Shown here in pieces: positions 50,075 through 62,864 of a stretch of 64,000 nt of DNA. The notes below the pieces were generated by a model, which was given only the letters and a program-made list of their open reading frames with translations, made no database searches and had not been told where the DNA came from. The stretch's first letter is position 1, and the number at the start of each line of letters is the position of its first letter. The position numbers were made by a program, and so were the translations under genes. Source of the stretch: Monocercomonoides exilis PA203 (Eukaryota; Protista; Preaxostyla); contig LSRY02000045.1 in the NCBI GenBank assembly GCA_001643675.2, positions 558,001-622,000 on the forward strand, read 5' to 3'.

Positions 50075-53000
50075 ATGATCAAAAAAGTTTTTAATTTAAT
50101 GGCTAAATCATCATCTTTGCGTGGTGATTTACAAAAAAGAAAGGTCAATCATGAGAATACAAAATCCAAGAAGAAAAATAGCGAATTAAAAAATCGTGAT
50201 TATCTTGCAGGAGAGACAAATAACATTCCTGATGATACAACAAAGAAAATGCATTTTTGGAGAAGATTTTTTCGAATTGTCGCTATTGCACATCCTAGTC
50301 CAAGATTTTTGAGCATCAAAGGAAGCTTATGGCTTCCGTTTTTCCTTGCAGCATCAATTGGAATTCATACGGTTGTTTCATCTGAGTATGGATTAATTCG
50401 AGGTAATTTTGCCAAAGCAATCGGAAACAAAGATAACGAAGCTTTAACTTATGCAATATGGCACGGCATAGGTTATTCCACATTGTTTGCGACAATTAAA
50501 ACGATTATGTTTCTTTTTCAATACTTGATAAAAGCTCTATCTCGGTATTTCCTTGTGAAACGATTACAAACTGATTATATGCTTAAATCAAATATTTTTT
50601 ATAAGCTTGCAAATTTCGATAAGCGTCCAATTAATCCTGATCAAAGGTTAACTCAAGATATAAATTTATTTACAGATGCTTGGGCAGAGGTTATATCAAA
50701 ATCTATCGATACTCCTGTTTCACTTGTCTACTATACAATTTATTGCTGGATGCAAATCGGATGGGTCGGACCTGTTTTTATTTTTGCTTTTTATTTTATT
50801 TTGATCTTTGCCGCACAATTCATTATAAGGCCTCTTATAAAACGATCGTTTTATCTTCAAACTTTAGAGGCGCGATTTCGAAAGGGTCATGTTCGTGTGG
50901 GGATTGAGTCTGAAGCTATTGCCCTTATGAATGCAGGAAAAGCAGAGAAAAGCGTTATGGATAGTCTGTTTAAACCGCTTGTCCATAATCAAGTGATTGT
51001 CGGAATATTGGATGGAGTGACAAAGTTATTTTTACTTGTGGGCTCATTCAATTCATATGTTCTTTCATACGCAATCATAGCGTGGTATGCATTCAACACA
51101 GACATATTTGAGATGACAGGATCTGGATCTGGGTCTATTTTATCTGGTCTTTTCCCTTCCTCTTCGGGACGAGCAGCCTCTTCTTCATGGCTGGCGCGAG
51201 GAATGCTGGGCAACAGCTGGCTGAGGAAGAAGCGGGACTCGTCACGTCTGCTGAGCATGATCTTCCCACCGATGAACATGAACTACAACATCCTCCCAGG
51301 CACTTCTGGTTCTTCTTCTTCATTCACTGGATTTCAGCCAACTCGTTCAGTGGGCGATGTGGCGAAGCAGATTTCGGACTTTATGTTTCTGCTGCAGACG
51401 CTGGCAGACAACTATGCGAACATTCTGAAGATGTTCAATCGATATGCCGAGCTGTCTGCATACACCAACCGCGTGGGAATGTTTCTGGAGGTCTGCGAAG
51501 AGGCAGAAGGGAAGTGGAATGGAGGTGTGAAGAGATGGATGAAGAGCGGAGGGAAGAAAGGCGTGGACGGGGAAATGAAAGGAGAAATGAAAGGGAAAGG
51601 GAAAGAGAAAGAGAAAGAGAAAGAGAAAGAGAAAGAGAAAGAGAAAAGGCAAGGAAAAGATGAGAAGAATGAGAAAGATGAAATAGATGAACAGAAAATG
51701 AGGAAAGAAGAGGGAAAGATGGAAGATGAAAAAGCTGTAAATGAAACCAACACCCACAATCTTCAATCAATTCCTTCATTGGACAACGAAAAAGAAGAGC
51801 CAACCGAAAAGAAGAGGGGGAAAGTGGAGGAGATGGTCAAAGAGGAAGAGCCTTCAGAGGAAAACTCGCCAATCCAGTCACCAGCAGCATCAACAGACCT
51901 TCTTTTGGATTCGCCTTCTGTCGATACAAGTTTATCCAAAGAAAGCGACTCTCTTCAGTTTGCTCGGCCACATCAGAGAGACATTTCAATCACTTCATTG
52001 TGCTTATCCCATGTCTCAGTCTATCTTCCGCAATGCGCTGTGCCAATGGTGAGAGACCTTTCACTGAACTTCTCGATGAACCCGGAGGAAAACGAGGATT
52101 CACTGAGAATTGTGCCATTTTCTGATTTTGATTCTATTTCTGCTTCTGCTTCTGCTTCTGCTTCATCATCTTGTTCCTCTTCAGCTTCTTCTTCATCTTC
52201 TTCATCTTCTTTTTCATCAACATCTTTTTCCTCTTCCTCTTCCTCTTCTGCTTTATCTTCACCACCCAATGTACAAACAGTTCATCGTCTTCTGATAGAA
52301 GGAGGAAATGGTGTTGGCAAAAGCACTTTGCTAAGGTGCGTCAAGGGAATATGGCCATTTTGCGAAGGAAATGTGTTTTTGGAGGCGATGGTGAACGAAA
52401 AGGAGAAGAAAACGAAAAACAGAAAAGAAGAATTTTCATTTTCTGATGATGAAGAAGAAATAAAAGATGAAGAAGAGGAGGAAGAGGAGGAGGAGGAAGA
52501 AGAAGAAGAAGAAGAAGAAGAAACAGATGAATATCACAAGATTGTATTTGTGTCAGAAAAAACCAAAAAATCAATAGAAAGCAAAAAAGAAGGAAAGAAA
52601 GGAAATAAAGAAAAGAAAGATAAGAAAACAAAGAAGCAGAGGAAAGATAAAGCTAAAAGAAAGAGAACGAAAGCATCGAAGGAAGAAGAAGGAGAAGCAG
52701 CGGAAGAATGGCAGAAGGAGGAGGAAGAAGGAGGTGTAGGAGTGAGGTATGGGACATTTGCATCACAACACCTGGATGAGGAGAAGAAAGAGAGAGAATC
52801 GATTGAAAGATCACTTGAGAATGATAATTTGTTTGTGTCTCAATCATCTGAAGCAGAAGCAAATGTGATGAATGAATATGTTAGTGATGGTGATAAAAGA
52901 AGTCAAAAAAGGAGCGAACAAAATGATTTCCGCCTTCTTTCTTCTCTTCCTCCGTCTGTTCTCCTCGTTCTGCCACAGACTCCTCATCTTCCAGACATTC

Positions 53001-53608
53001 CTCTGGCTGCTTTGGTGTCCTATCCCCTCCCTCCTCCTCCTTCTCTGATGCCCATTGGCAACTTGCCTTCGCCTGCTCTTTCAGACATTTTGAACGATGT
53101 ACATTTGGGCCATCTGCTGGAGAGAGAGATGGAGAAATACCAGTTTTCTTCTTCTTCATCTTCCTCTTCCTCTTCTTCCTCTTCTTCTTCGAGTGTCAAT
53201 TCACCTGACTCTGGATCAATTTCTTTACCAGCGCCTTCCTATGCATCATACGACCCTTCTTCTCTGAGCTCTCTTTCCTCCTCCTCGTCTGTGTGTTCGT
53301 CGCTTTCGCCAGGCGAAGTGCAGCTGTTGCAGTTTGCGCGTGTGTTTTTCCACCGTCCGCAGGTCTGTCTGTTGGACGAGGCAACGTCAGCTCTTTCGCC
53401 TGAGATGGAGGAGGAGATGTACGGGAAGATGGTGGAGAGGCACATTGTGTTCCACTCGATTGGGCACAGGGCAGGGATCAGAAGGTGGCACACGCACTGC
53501 TTGGCTCTGAAGGGAATGAAGATGAAAGGGGAGTGGGAGGTGAGCAGGATTGATGCTGGTGAGGAGGAGAGGAACAAACACAGGGTAGTGGAGAGAAATG
53601 ATGGTTGA
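50075..53608 (+). CDS. ABCD4: ABC transporter subfamily D, ABCD4-like, with low-complexity insertions
   Basis: NPDQRLTQDI motif; EAA-like EARFRKGHVRVGIESEAIA; Walker A GGNGVGKST; signature LSPGE; Walker B/D-loop CLLDEATSAL; H-loop SIGHR. First ATG at 50075. Confidence 0.85.
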   Translation: MIKKVFNLMAKSSSLRGDLQKRKVNHENTKSKKKNSELKNRDYLAGETNNIPDDTTKKMHFWRRFFRIVAIAHPSPRFLSIKGSLWLPFFLAASIGIHTVVSSEYGLIRGNFAKAIGNKDNEALTYAIWHGIGYSTLFATIKTIMFLFQYLIKALSRYFLVKRLQTDYMLKSNIFYKLANFDKRPINPDQRLTQDINLFTDAWAEVISKSIDTPVSLVYYTIYCWMQIGWVGPVFIFAFYFILIFAAQFIIRPLIKRSFYLQTLEARFRKGHVRVGIESEAIALMNAGKAEKSVMDSLFKPLVHNQVIVGILDGVTKLFLLVGSFNSYVLSYAIIAWYAFNTDIFEMTGSGSGSILSGLFPSSSGRAASSSWLARGMLGNSWLRKKRDSSRLLSMIFPPMNMNYNILPGTSGSSSSFTGFQPTRSVGDVAKQISDFMFLLQTLADNYANILKMFNRYAELSAYTNRVGMFLEVCEEAEGKWNGGVKRWMKSGGKKGVDGEMKGEMKGKGKEKEKEKEKEKEKEKRQGKDEKNEKDEIDEQKMRKEEGKMEDEKAVNETNTHNLQSIPSLDNEKEEPTEKKRGKVEEMVKEEEPSEENSPIQSPAASTDLLLDSPSVDTSLSKESDSLQFARPHQRDISITSLCLSHVSVYLPQCAVPMVRDLSLNFSMNPEENEDSLRIVPFSDFDSISASASASASSSCSSSASSSSSSSSFSSTSFSSSSSSSALSSPPNVQTVHRLLIEGGNGVGKSTLLRCVKGIWPFCEGNVFLEAMVNEKEKKTKNRKEEFSFSDDEEEIKDEEEEEEEEEEEEEEEEEETDEYHKIVFVSEKTKKSIESKKEGKKGNKEKKDKKTKKQRKDKAKRKRTKASKEEEGEAAEEWQKEEEEGGVGVRYGTFASQHLDEEKKERESIERSLENDNLFVSQSSEAEANVMNEYVSDGDKRSQKRSEQNDFRLLSSLPPSVLLVLPQTPHLPDIPLAALVSYPLPPPPSLMPIGNLPSPALSDILNDVHLGHLLEREMEKYQFSSSSSSSSSSSSSSSSVNSPDSGSISLPAPSYASYDPSSLSSLSSSSSVCSSLSPGEVQLLQFARVFFHRPQVCLLDEATSALSPEMEEEMYGKMVERHIVFHSIGHRAGIRRWHTHCLALKGMKMKGEWEVSRIDAGEEERNKHRVVERNDG

Positions 53609-54479
53609 AGGGGTTTATTTATTCTTCTTTTATTTTTTATTTTTTTATTTTCTGTTTCTATTTTTTTTTTTCCTTTGTGCGTGTTACAAACAATGGAGGA
53701 CATATTTATCAAGTTATGTATTTATTTTGGATATATCATGGTAATATTCATGCAATAAAAATAAATCGTTTGATGTGTATTTATTTTTTCTTTTTTTCAA
53801 ATATTTTTTTATCTTTTTTTTGAAGTTAGTTTAATCTGTATATTAACAAAGATTAATCGTTCAGAAGATTTTCTTTTTTTATGGTTAATTTCTTTGATTG
53901 ATTTTACACGATTCTAATAAGTGTTTATTTTATTTTTTTATCTTCTAAATGTATATTTTCAAAAATCACAAAAGATTAGAAACGTAATTGCAACAGTTTA
54001 TTTGCACTGATTTTCTTTCTTAGATAAGAAAAATTAATGTATTCTGAAACATTGAAATTTGTTTGAGAGAAAAAGAATATGTGATGAAACATTTGAGCAT
54101 TAAAGATTGTTTTTTTCAACATTTTTGAATTTTCTATTTTTTGATAATTCTTAAATACTTTCCTTTGGATGCAGAAGAAAAATTTCCTTAAATGTGAAAG
54201 AAGAAAAATTTTGAATATTTTGAGGTTTTTTGAAAAAAATATATTCATTGTGCAATATTCGACAAATTCTTGGAAATTGCACAATAAACAACCGACTTGG
54301 ATATTTCATGAAAATGTTTATTGAGACATTATTTAAACACATTCTTTTTTCAACGTTTAAATTAATGCGGAAACTCACAAAATACTAAAAATGAAATCAT
54401 CAATAATAAATATGTTTCGTGATGACGATAAATTTTTTTTATCAACACAATATCAAAATAATAATTGTTTTCAATAAAA

Positions 54480-55440
54480 ATGGAAGATCATGAAATGAAA
54501 ATACATCATCTGAACAAGATGTTCCACAGCACTGATGATACATGGGATTGGTTTCAAAGGGATGTTTTGGATGCAAGGTACAAAGAGTGCAGACAATGCG
54601 GAAGAGAAATGTGTTTATATAAAAGAAATCCTAACTCAAGACAATGGAGATGCTTCAGATGTGACAGAACAATAAGTTTGCTTTCAGGTTTATCCATTGA
54701 AAATCAAAAAGTGGGATTAAACAAAATCCTGAACATCTTGTTGTGTAAATGGATTAAACGATCATTAACACAAACCTCTCATCTTCTTGGAATTCATAGA
54801 AATACTGTAGGTTTTAATTTACTTTTGCTGCAGCTTCCATGTCCAAAATAGCAGTAAATTCATTTGAACCACAAGGAGGTCTGGATTCTATCGTGGAAAT
54901 TGACGAGGCTATTTTGGACAAAAGGAAATTTCACAAAGGACGTTTGAAAAAGCAAATTTGGTTATTTGGAGCAGTTCAAAGAAATCCTGAAGGAAAACAA
55001 GGAAATTTTTTCATTATTCATGTTCCAAATAGGAAAAAAAAACTCTTCTGCCAATCATCAAAGCCAATATTTTGCCTGGAACGACAGTTAATAGCGATGA
55101 ATGGAAAGCTTATGCATCTCTGGAAGAGATAGGGTATGCGCATAAAACTGTTTGTCACAAGAATTACTTTATTGATCCAGAAAGCAAAATTTGAACGAAT
55201 ATGATTGAAGGCATTTGGAGTTTGTTTCGTTGGGAAATGCAAAAAAATAATATTAGGGATAATTTTATTGACGATTTCACATCCTCATTTGTGAAAGCAG
55301 GACAAGAGAGCTATCATTTGTGGAAACTGTCAAAGCTATTTGCAGATACAAACCAGAAGAATTTATTGAAGAAGAGGAGGAAGACAATGAAGAAGATGAT
55401 GACGAATAAGACGTTCATATTATGTTGACTGAAGATAAAG
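54480..55440 (+). mobile_element. Decayed Merlin/IS1595 (ISXO2-like) DDE transposase
   Basis: Zn ribbon CRQC..CFRC; VEIDEA..KRKFHKGR..WLFGAVQR; ILPGTTVNSDEWKAY; TVCHK; TNMIEGIW; frameshifts at ~54820 and ~55040 and a stop at ~55192. Confidence 0.88.
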
Positions 55441-55681
55441 CAACTTCTGATGATTCTTTGAAATAAAATGACGTGACTGAACATTTCGAATATGAGCAAG
55501 AAGAATAGAAAAATAATTTCTTTTATTCATCACAATTTGTTTTCATCATTCGTGTGATGACATATCCTTGACAACAAAAAATTTTTGATTTTTGAACGGG
55601 CAGATGGGATATTGATCTTTTTTTTGTAATTAAAAATCTTCACGTTTCCGCAAGGAATCTGTTAAAAATATTGCACGATAA

Positions 55682-56817
55682 TAGATAAAATGTGAAATGA
55701 ATTGGTTATTTCAAATTATTTGTGTTATTTCAAGTTTCAGCCACGAATTTTGAATTAACCCAGTTATTTTGAAATAACCTTGAAAAACTTAAATCTACTG
55801 GACGTTTTTTAAAAACATTAAATAAAAATATTTTTGATATAAAAATGGTTTCAACTATATTTTGAATTTGAATATTTGACCTATCTTTATTATGAAAATT
55901 TGCATTAGATTAATTATTGGAAACTTTTTTTTTGTTTGTGATAATGAAAAAAGTTTTAAGATTGCAAAAAACGAAATATATATATGAAGATTGTTCCCAT
56001 TCGTTTCAAATATCATCAGTTTGCTTGAATGGTAATTGTTGATTCCTTACTTCTAAAGCTTTTGACAAATCACAAAAGATTTCCCTATAAACGTATCTAC
56101 ATATTCAATGATCTTCTTTTGTCAAAATAAACATGTGGAAAACAGAAATTATCGATTTTATTTTGTAATGACTCGAAGAAATCATTTCCAAATATTTTTT
56201 GTCAAACAGTTATGGTCTTCCAAAAAAAAGAAAGCGTGAAATTCTGTCAAAAGGATTTTATGTCAAATGATTTGCGCGAAATTCGACAAAAAGATAAGAT
56301 TATATTTATGAAAATTTGGGCATATGAAGATGAAATCCTAAATTTGAAGAGTGAATTTAGTTGAAAGAAGAAATGCTATAGAAACAATGAAAAACGACTT
56401 ATTCTCAAAATTTTTCAGAACTGAAAATCTGTCTTGGAATTGCGAACGGTAATGGAGAGAGTGCATGTGTGTTTGAGTGCTCATTCACTTCGTGTACACT
56501 CACAAATAATAATGGTGGAAGGATGTATTGTTATGGTGTTCCAGCTGCATTCAAAATGAGGAACATCCAGTTTATTTCGTGAAACACAACATCAACAGGT
56601 GGAGGATTGTATTTTAAACAAATCAACAAACAATCCCAAGCAACAACCTTTATTGCTACTTCTTCTTCTTCTTCCATGATAGCAGATGCACAACTACTTC
56701 CACTTCATATGGACACGATGTTTATAGTGAAGATGATTACAATCTCTTCTCGTCGGACAATCCGTTCTATGAATCGTCCACAACGAATAGCAACGATAAG
56801 AAAGTGTGCTATTGAGA
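55682..56817 (+). repeat. Direct segmental duplication, copy 1 (copy 2 at 62865-64000+)
   Basis: Identical sequence at offset 7183. Confidence 0.95.
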
Positions 56818-57115
56818 AAATGGAGCATATCAGCATACAGAAAAGAAGGATTGGCTGAAGGAAGGGATGAATGATCGGTATGTTGGGGTGAGTGGAGATG
56901 ATACAAACAATCTGTGTGGGATGAGTGAGGCAGCACCTTGCAAGACAGTGGGGCATGCAGTGGAGTCGAGCATGGTGCAGCTGAGCTTCTCGATAACGTT
57001 GCATAAGGGAAGCGTATAAGAGAAGAGAAGAAGAAAAGCATTGAGGAAAAGAAGATGATTAATACAGGGAGAGGGAAAGAGGTGAATGTGATTGGGACGA
57101 GTTCACTTTTCTTCT
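56430..57115 (+). pseudogene. Decayed internal fragment of the surface-protein family
   Basis: GNGESACVFECSFTSC..GHDVY..DRYVGVSGDDTNNLCGMSEAAPCKTVGHAV with stops and frameshifts. Confidence 0.85.
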
Positions 57116-59799
57116 TCTTCTTTCAAAAACAGAAGAAGTGTTCAGTTTATCGAGATACCATTTAAGAATGAATTTCAAAAAGATTTATTGCAAAACAACG
57201 ACTGGTTATTCATCTAATGTGGTGATGGAGCTTACAGAAACTGGGAACTTTCATTTCATGGAGCATTCCAAAAGAAGATAGAAAGTTTTATGATAGCAGT
57301 TGTGGGACAATTGTCAAGTCTACAGAAATGAAGGCAAGCTGCGAGCAGGAATCAAACGGCTGATCATGGAGGTGACAAAATTCAATTTACGCAAGTCAAT
57401 AAAGACGAAAGAATTCAGTTCAAAAATGCAAGAAAATGTTGCAGAAGCAATGAAGTCGCTATATTTTAACGATTTTCAAAATTCATAATTCTTTCGAATG
57501 TTTTTTAAAAAAAAGAAAATACTTTTCACTTGCGTTAATGATTTCTCAAAACATGATTTTGTAATCTTTTTCACTTGTGAAAGTTCAAAGTGAAAAGTTT
57601 CACATTTCATTTTTGAAAAATGTTGTTTTAATGAATTTTTGAAGATTGCAAATACTTTAAAAGACTCGTGATTTTTATGTTTAAGTTTTAAAATAGATAT
57701 TTTTCAAATAAAAATATTTCTTTGAAATTCAGGCAATTGAATGTTCTTCTCAAGTCAAATAAAAAGAAAAATTTCAAAAAACTAGTTACTCAAAAACAAA
57801 CAACTTCATATTTAGTAATTTGTTTGAAAAAACAATCCATTTTCAAATTTATCACCATTCACAACAATGCAATTATCGAACACTTCTTTTTCCATCTTTT
57901 TCAATAACAAAAGTTTCGTAACTTTTCGTTTTGCCAAGAGGCTTTCATTCTCCGTATTTTCGGTTTTGCATGAATATTTTAGAAAATCTTTGTATCATCC
58001 ACAAGTCCCTCATATGCTCATCTGATCGATCTTTTTCACCAAGACTGCATCGGCTTCTCAGATTTCTGACAAAACTTCAGCTTCACATATTGATTATCAA
58101 CTGCGCATTTAAGAAAATTCATGCATTGCTTGCTGATTTCTCCATCATCCCACTTAGCTTCCCTGAATTCCATACAACGATGCACGTGAGCACTTCAAAT
58201 TCTTCATTCTTCAACTGGTAAAAGCAAAGATAATGCTTTGATGCAATAATTATCAACATTTCACTTAGTCTTCTTTTCCCACTTTCATTTGTCCCTTCCT
58301 CTGCCAATCAAAACCCTTTTCAAACTCTGACAATTCTCTCTTGCATCTCTTCCAAAACTTAACTCTTTTGAAATTACATCTTTGTAATCTCGTTGAAAAC
58401 TTAAATGCTTATCAATAACTGTCAAACAAACTGATTGATAAGGCGTTTCGAGTTTCGATGTTCTCGATGATTTTGAATGACTTCTGCCATCTCCTTCAAA
58501 TGCAATTCTTGTTCAACATGCTTTCAAACAACGAGAAAGAAATTAATAAATGAACAAAAATAATTCGATTACAAACTTTCCACATATCAACGTTGCTCAC
58601 CATCAGCTTTGATAATTCCACTTCTTTTTGAGTTTAATTATTTTCTTCTTTCTTCATAGGAAACTTTCAAAAGACAAACCACGTAAATCAAAAGAAATAT
58701 TAATGAATATGCAGCTCAGATAAATGAAACACACACAAAAATCAATCAGTCCTTTCATTCTGAAAACTTTCTGTTTCTGCTGTTTCTTTTAACAAAGTCC
58801 AAATTCAAAAAGCTATTGTCTTCGAAAAAAAAGAAAGAATGATTTATAAGATTCAATAATTCATTTAATAACTGTTTCGCACCAGCTAAGAATTTTGTAT
58901 TTTTGAATATTTTTTATATTAGCAAAAGCGTTAAATACAGAAAGATTCAATATCTATTTTCAAAACCAAAATGAGAGAAATCTTGAAAGAAGAGAACGAC
59001 ATTAATAAAAAATATTAACTATAGATATAAGCAGTTGATGTCACTCAGTTTTTGAATGTATTATTGTTTTCATACAATATATGTCGGAAAATCATGAAAA
59101 TATATTGATCATTTGCATAACTTTATGTTAATCAATCAGAATAACTCAAAATATGACTAAGAAATATATAGTATTGTTTTATATTGTTTGTTGATTAAAA
59201 CAGAATCAATCGTTTTTGTTTATTTTACTGTCACAATTAAAAACTGAAATTTTTGAATTCAAAAAATGTGTATTTAAATATAAATAAGTTCAAACTCATT
59301 TTTAAATGGATTCAATTCTTTGTATAACATTTGTCTTCATGTTTGAATTAATTATTTTGTGAAAAAATGATATTTTTTCACTTTCATGTTAAAAGATCAA
59401 GCTTTTTTGGAAAACAAGCAAAAAATGCTTTATTTGCTTAAAATATAACGTAATATTTAATGTTGATGCGTTTTTGACTTCCACCCTCAAAACATTGTTT
59501 TTTGATAAATGCAAGACTGTCAGGTCACAATTGAAAAAAACTGGTTTTTCTTAAAAACACTGCCTTTAATTTAAAATTACTGGGGGATCTTGAAATAAAT
59601 AGTTTATTTTGAAATATATTTTTATTTCACAATTTATCTAATAATGTCATTAATCATGAATATGAAATATTTGACAAAATTTCAAACAGTCGTAAATTGT
59701 GCAATAACCAAATTCTTTTCTCACTGTATCCATTATAATGCTCAAAATCGAAAAAACAAAAACATGAAAGTCAATGAATAAATTTAAAAAAAAATATAT

Positions 59800-60039
59800 G
59801 GGTAATTTAATTTGAAAAGTCGCAAATGTTTAATTTTCAAGTGAACCAAAAATTTCATATTTTGCTCATATTTTTGTTTCCACTCTCGAATCTTTTTCAG
59901 AATGAATGAAATAGCATTATCCAGAAATAAATTCCATATTTGTGAAGTTTGGTATACGTCAACAAAAATTTGAGCCAAATATGAAATTTTTGATTTATTT
60001 GAAAATTAAACAATTGCGACTTTTCAAAAAGATTAACTC
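59800..60039. mobile_element. MITE with ~80-bp TIRs, GGG..CTC termini and ATAT flanks (Sola2-like)
   Basis: gggtaatttaatttgaaaagtcgc.. mirrors ..gcgacttttcaaaaagattaactc; atat on both sides. Confidence 0.7.
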
Positions 60040-60526
60040 ATATGAATAAAATACTCGGCAATTGAAATTCAAAATGTTTTAGGCTTTCTGTTATTTATTT
60101 ATTACCAAAAGTGCTCTTATGGCATATAATTAGTGGTTAAAATATTGAACAGGGAAAAATGAATGACTTCCAAATATAAATCTCTAAATTTTAGTATTTA
60201 TTGTATTTGTTTTATTGCAAAATAAAAAATGCAACAGAACCCCAAAAGAGTGAGATAATGGTTTAGTGGTTTGTAGAATTCCAACTATTGTGCAAAGGTT
60301 TGGATTTAATTTTCGCCAGACCCTAATAATTTTTTTGAACAAAAGTTTTCGACAATTTGTATCAGCTCTGATGAATATTGATAAAGTGAAACTTATAGTA
60401 TCCGAATATTTTCATAGAAATCATATTGAATTATTTTATGAAAAACACTTTATGGTTGATAATTCGATTAATAAACATGTGAAAAAGTTTTGACAATTTA
60501 CAAATGGGACAAAATATTTTGATTTC

Positions 60527-60972
60527 ACCTCTGTGACCTGACAAATAACTAGAAGTCTTGTCTGTCAAAAAAAAAATTTTTTTTTAAATTAATATAAAAT
60601 AAACAATTGCAAAAACTTCTGAAGACTTTTCAAAGCACTACGGAAAAGATTTGTTGATAGCATCTGTAATATCTTGTCGTTTTTTCTCTTTTGTCAGTGA
60701 CCGTCAGTGACAGTCAATGACAAATTGTGACAAAAATATTCCTCAACTGACATTTCGTGTCATATAAAATAAATATTGGGAACTTGATCACATTAGAAAA
60801 AAATTTGATTTTTTTCAAAATAATAAGAATTATTTCAGGAAGATTTTCAAATTAATTATTTAAGTTATTAAGAATTTTGAAATCGATATTAATAACACTT
60901 TTTGATAAAGAATAAATATCTTGTCAGTTATTTTATCATTTTTTCAATTTTCTCTTGTCACGTCACAGAGGT
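60527..60972. mobile_element. MITE with 18-bp TIR ACCTCTGTGAC(C/G)TGACAA
   Basis: TIR 17/18 match; internal clusters of TGACA/TGTCA. Confidence 0.65.
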
Positions 60973-61714
60973 ATAATTTTGATTTATGAATTTTGTTCAA
61001 TACAATATTATCAAACAGTTTTCTCAATTTCAGAATTTTGCTGAATAATTTTTCATAGAAAAGAAAAAATTGAATTGAAATAATTGCAAAAATTGTTTGA
61101 AACAAGTCTCAGTTTTTATCAAAAAGGCAAAAATTATGTTCAAATTAGTAATGAATTTCAGTTTCATTATCAAAAATAAAACTGGAGTTTTTGAAATTTG
61201 ATAAAAATTTAATGTTTTTTCTTAATTCTCTTTCATTTTTCCTCATTTGTTTAACAATAATCAAAAAATCCTCAAATAATATTTGTTATTAACTCAATCA
61301 AAAGAAATTTATTCGAATTTATTGTTTTCTTTTCAAAATTCACAAAAAAATAAAAATAAATTTATATTGACTTTTGAGTGAAAAAAAATAAATAATAATG
61401 TTCAGATAGGATTATTCAATGAAAATCATTATTTTCAAAACAAAAAACATCATTAAAAGAATGTTTTCATTCGAGTTTGTAAAAATTGGTGAAATATTCA
61501 TATTTCTTCTCAGTTAAACAAGACCAAATATGTCACATCAAACCTGAATATTTGAAAATATTTATAAATATTAAAAAATTTAGAAAATAAAAAACTAATA
61601 TAAAAAAAATATTGAAATAGTTATGATTCCAATCGTATCAAAGTTGTTTTGCATTCATTGACAATCCTTTGAAATAATATTCGTTGAAAATATTATTTTG
61701 GAAATATACACCAA

Positions 61715-62864
61715 AAATAATTCTATTTCGAAAAAAATAATTCAAAATCGAAAAAGAATAATTCGATTTCGGAATTAATAATTCAAAATCGAAAAAGAAT
61801 AATTCAAAATCGGAATTAATATTTCAATTTCGAAAAAAATAATTCAAATTCGGAATTAATAATTCGAATTCGGAAATTAATAATTCAATTTCGTAATTTA
61901 TTAATTCGATTTCGAAAAAGATTAATTCGATTTCGAAAATGAATACTTCAATTTCGAAATTCATTATAAACTGAAAATTTTAATTTTTCTCGAGAATAGA
62001 TTTCAGAAAAGTTCAAGTTATTTTTTTATTAATCAAATTTTATTACTCAAATAACTGTTTTTTTAACGGAAATATGAATCCAAACAATTTTTTGAATTTT
62101 TTTTCATTTTTGAAAATCATCACTGAAATAAAAGATTTTTCAAAAAAATTCATTCTATTGAATAAATAAATAAGAAAATATAAATTTCTATCACGTTTAT
62201 TGAAAAATAAAAAAAAAGAATTTTATTACCAATGGAAAGAAAAAATTTTTTTAGTAAAAATATCAAAATCATCAATTTTTTATATGAAAATGAATTCATT
62301 TTCTTTTCAAATAAACTTCAATCAGTAAATTTTCATTCAAATTAAAAGAAAATTTTTCAATGAAAATGCGTCATTTTTCAAATATTGATAAACAAAATTT
62401 GCTGATGAGATAAAAATAAAAAAAATTTAAAACCACAAACACAAGCTATTCATTCCACAAAACAAAAAAATATACGTTTCGAAATTGAATTATTCTTTTT
62501 CGAATTCGAATTATTAATTCCGAAATCGAATTATTTTTTTTCGAATTCGAATTATTAATTCCGAATTTGAATTATTTTTTTTCGAAATTGAATTATTAAT
62601 TTCCGAATTCGAATTATTAATTCCGAATTTGAATTATTTTTTTTCGAAATTGAATTATTCTTTTTCGAATTCGAATTATTAATTCCGAAATCGAATTATT
62701 TTTTTTCGAATTCGAATTATTAATTCCGAATTTGAATTATTTTTTTTCGAAATTGAATTATTAATTTCCGAATTCGAATTATTAATTCCGAAATCGAATT
62801 ATTTTTTTTCGAATTCGAATTATTAATTCCGAAATCGAATTATTTTTTTTCGAATTCGAATTAT
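61715..62864. repeat. Two inverted arrays of ~20-bp GAATT(C)-rich units flanking a ~500-bp spacer (Foldback-like)
   Basis: Units GGAATTAATAATTCGAATTC at ~61715-61965; reverse-complement units at ~62477-62864. Confidence 0.8.

Noticed and set aside
61715-62864. CRISPR array
   Set aside because: Units are contiguous with no unique spacers, there are no cas genes, and the context is eukaryotic.
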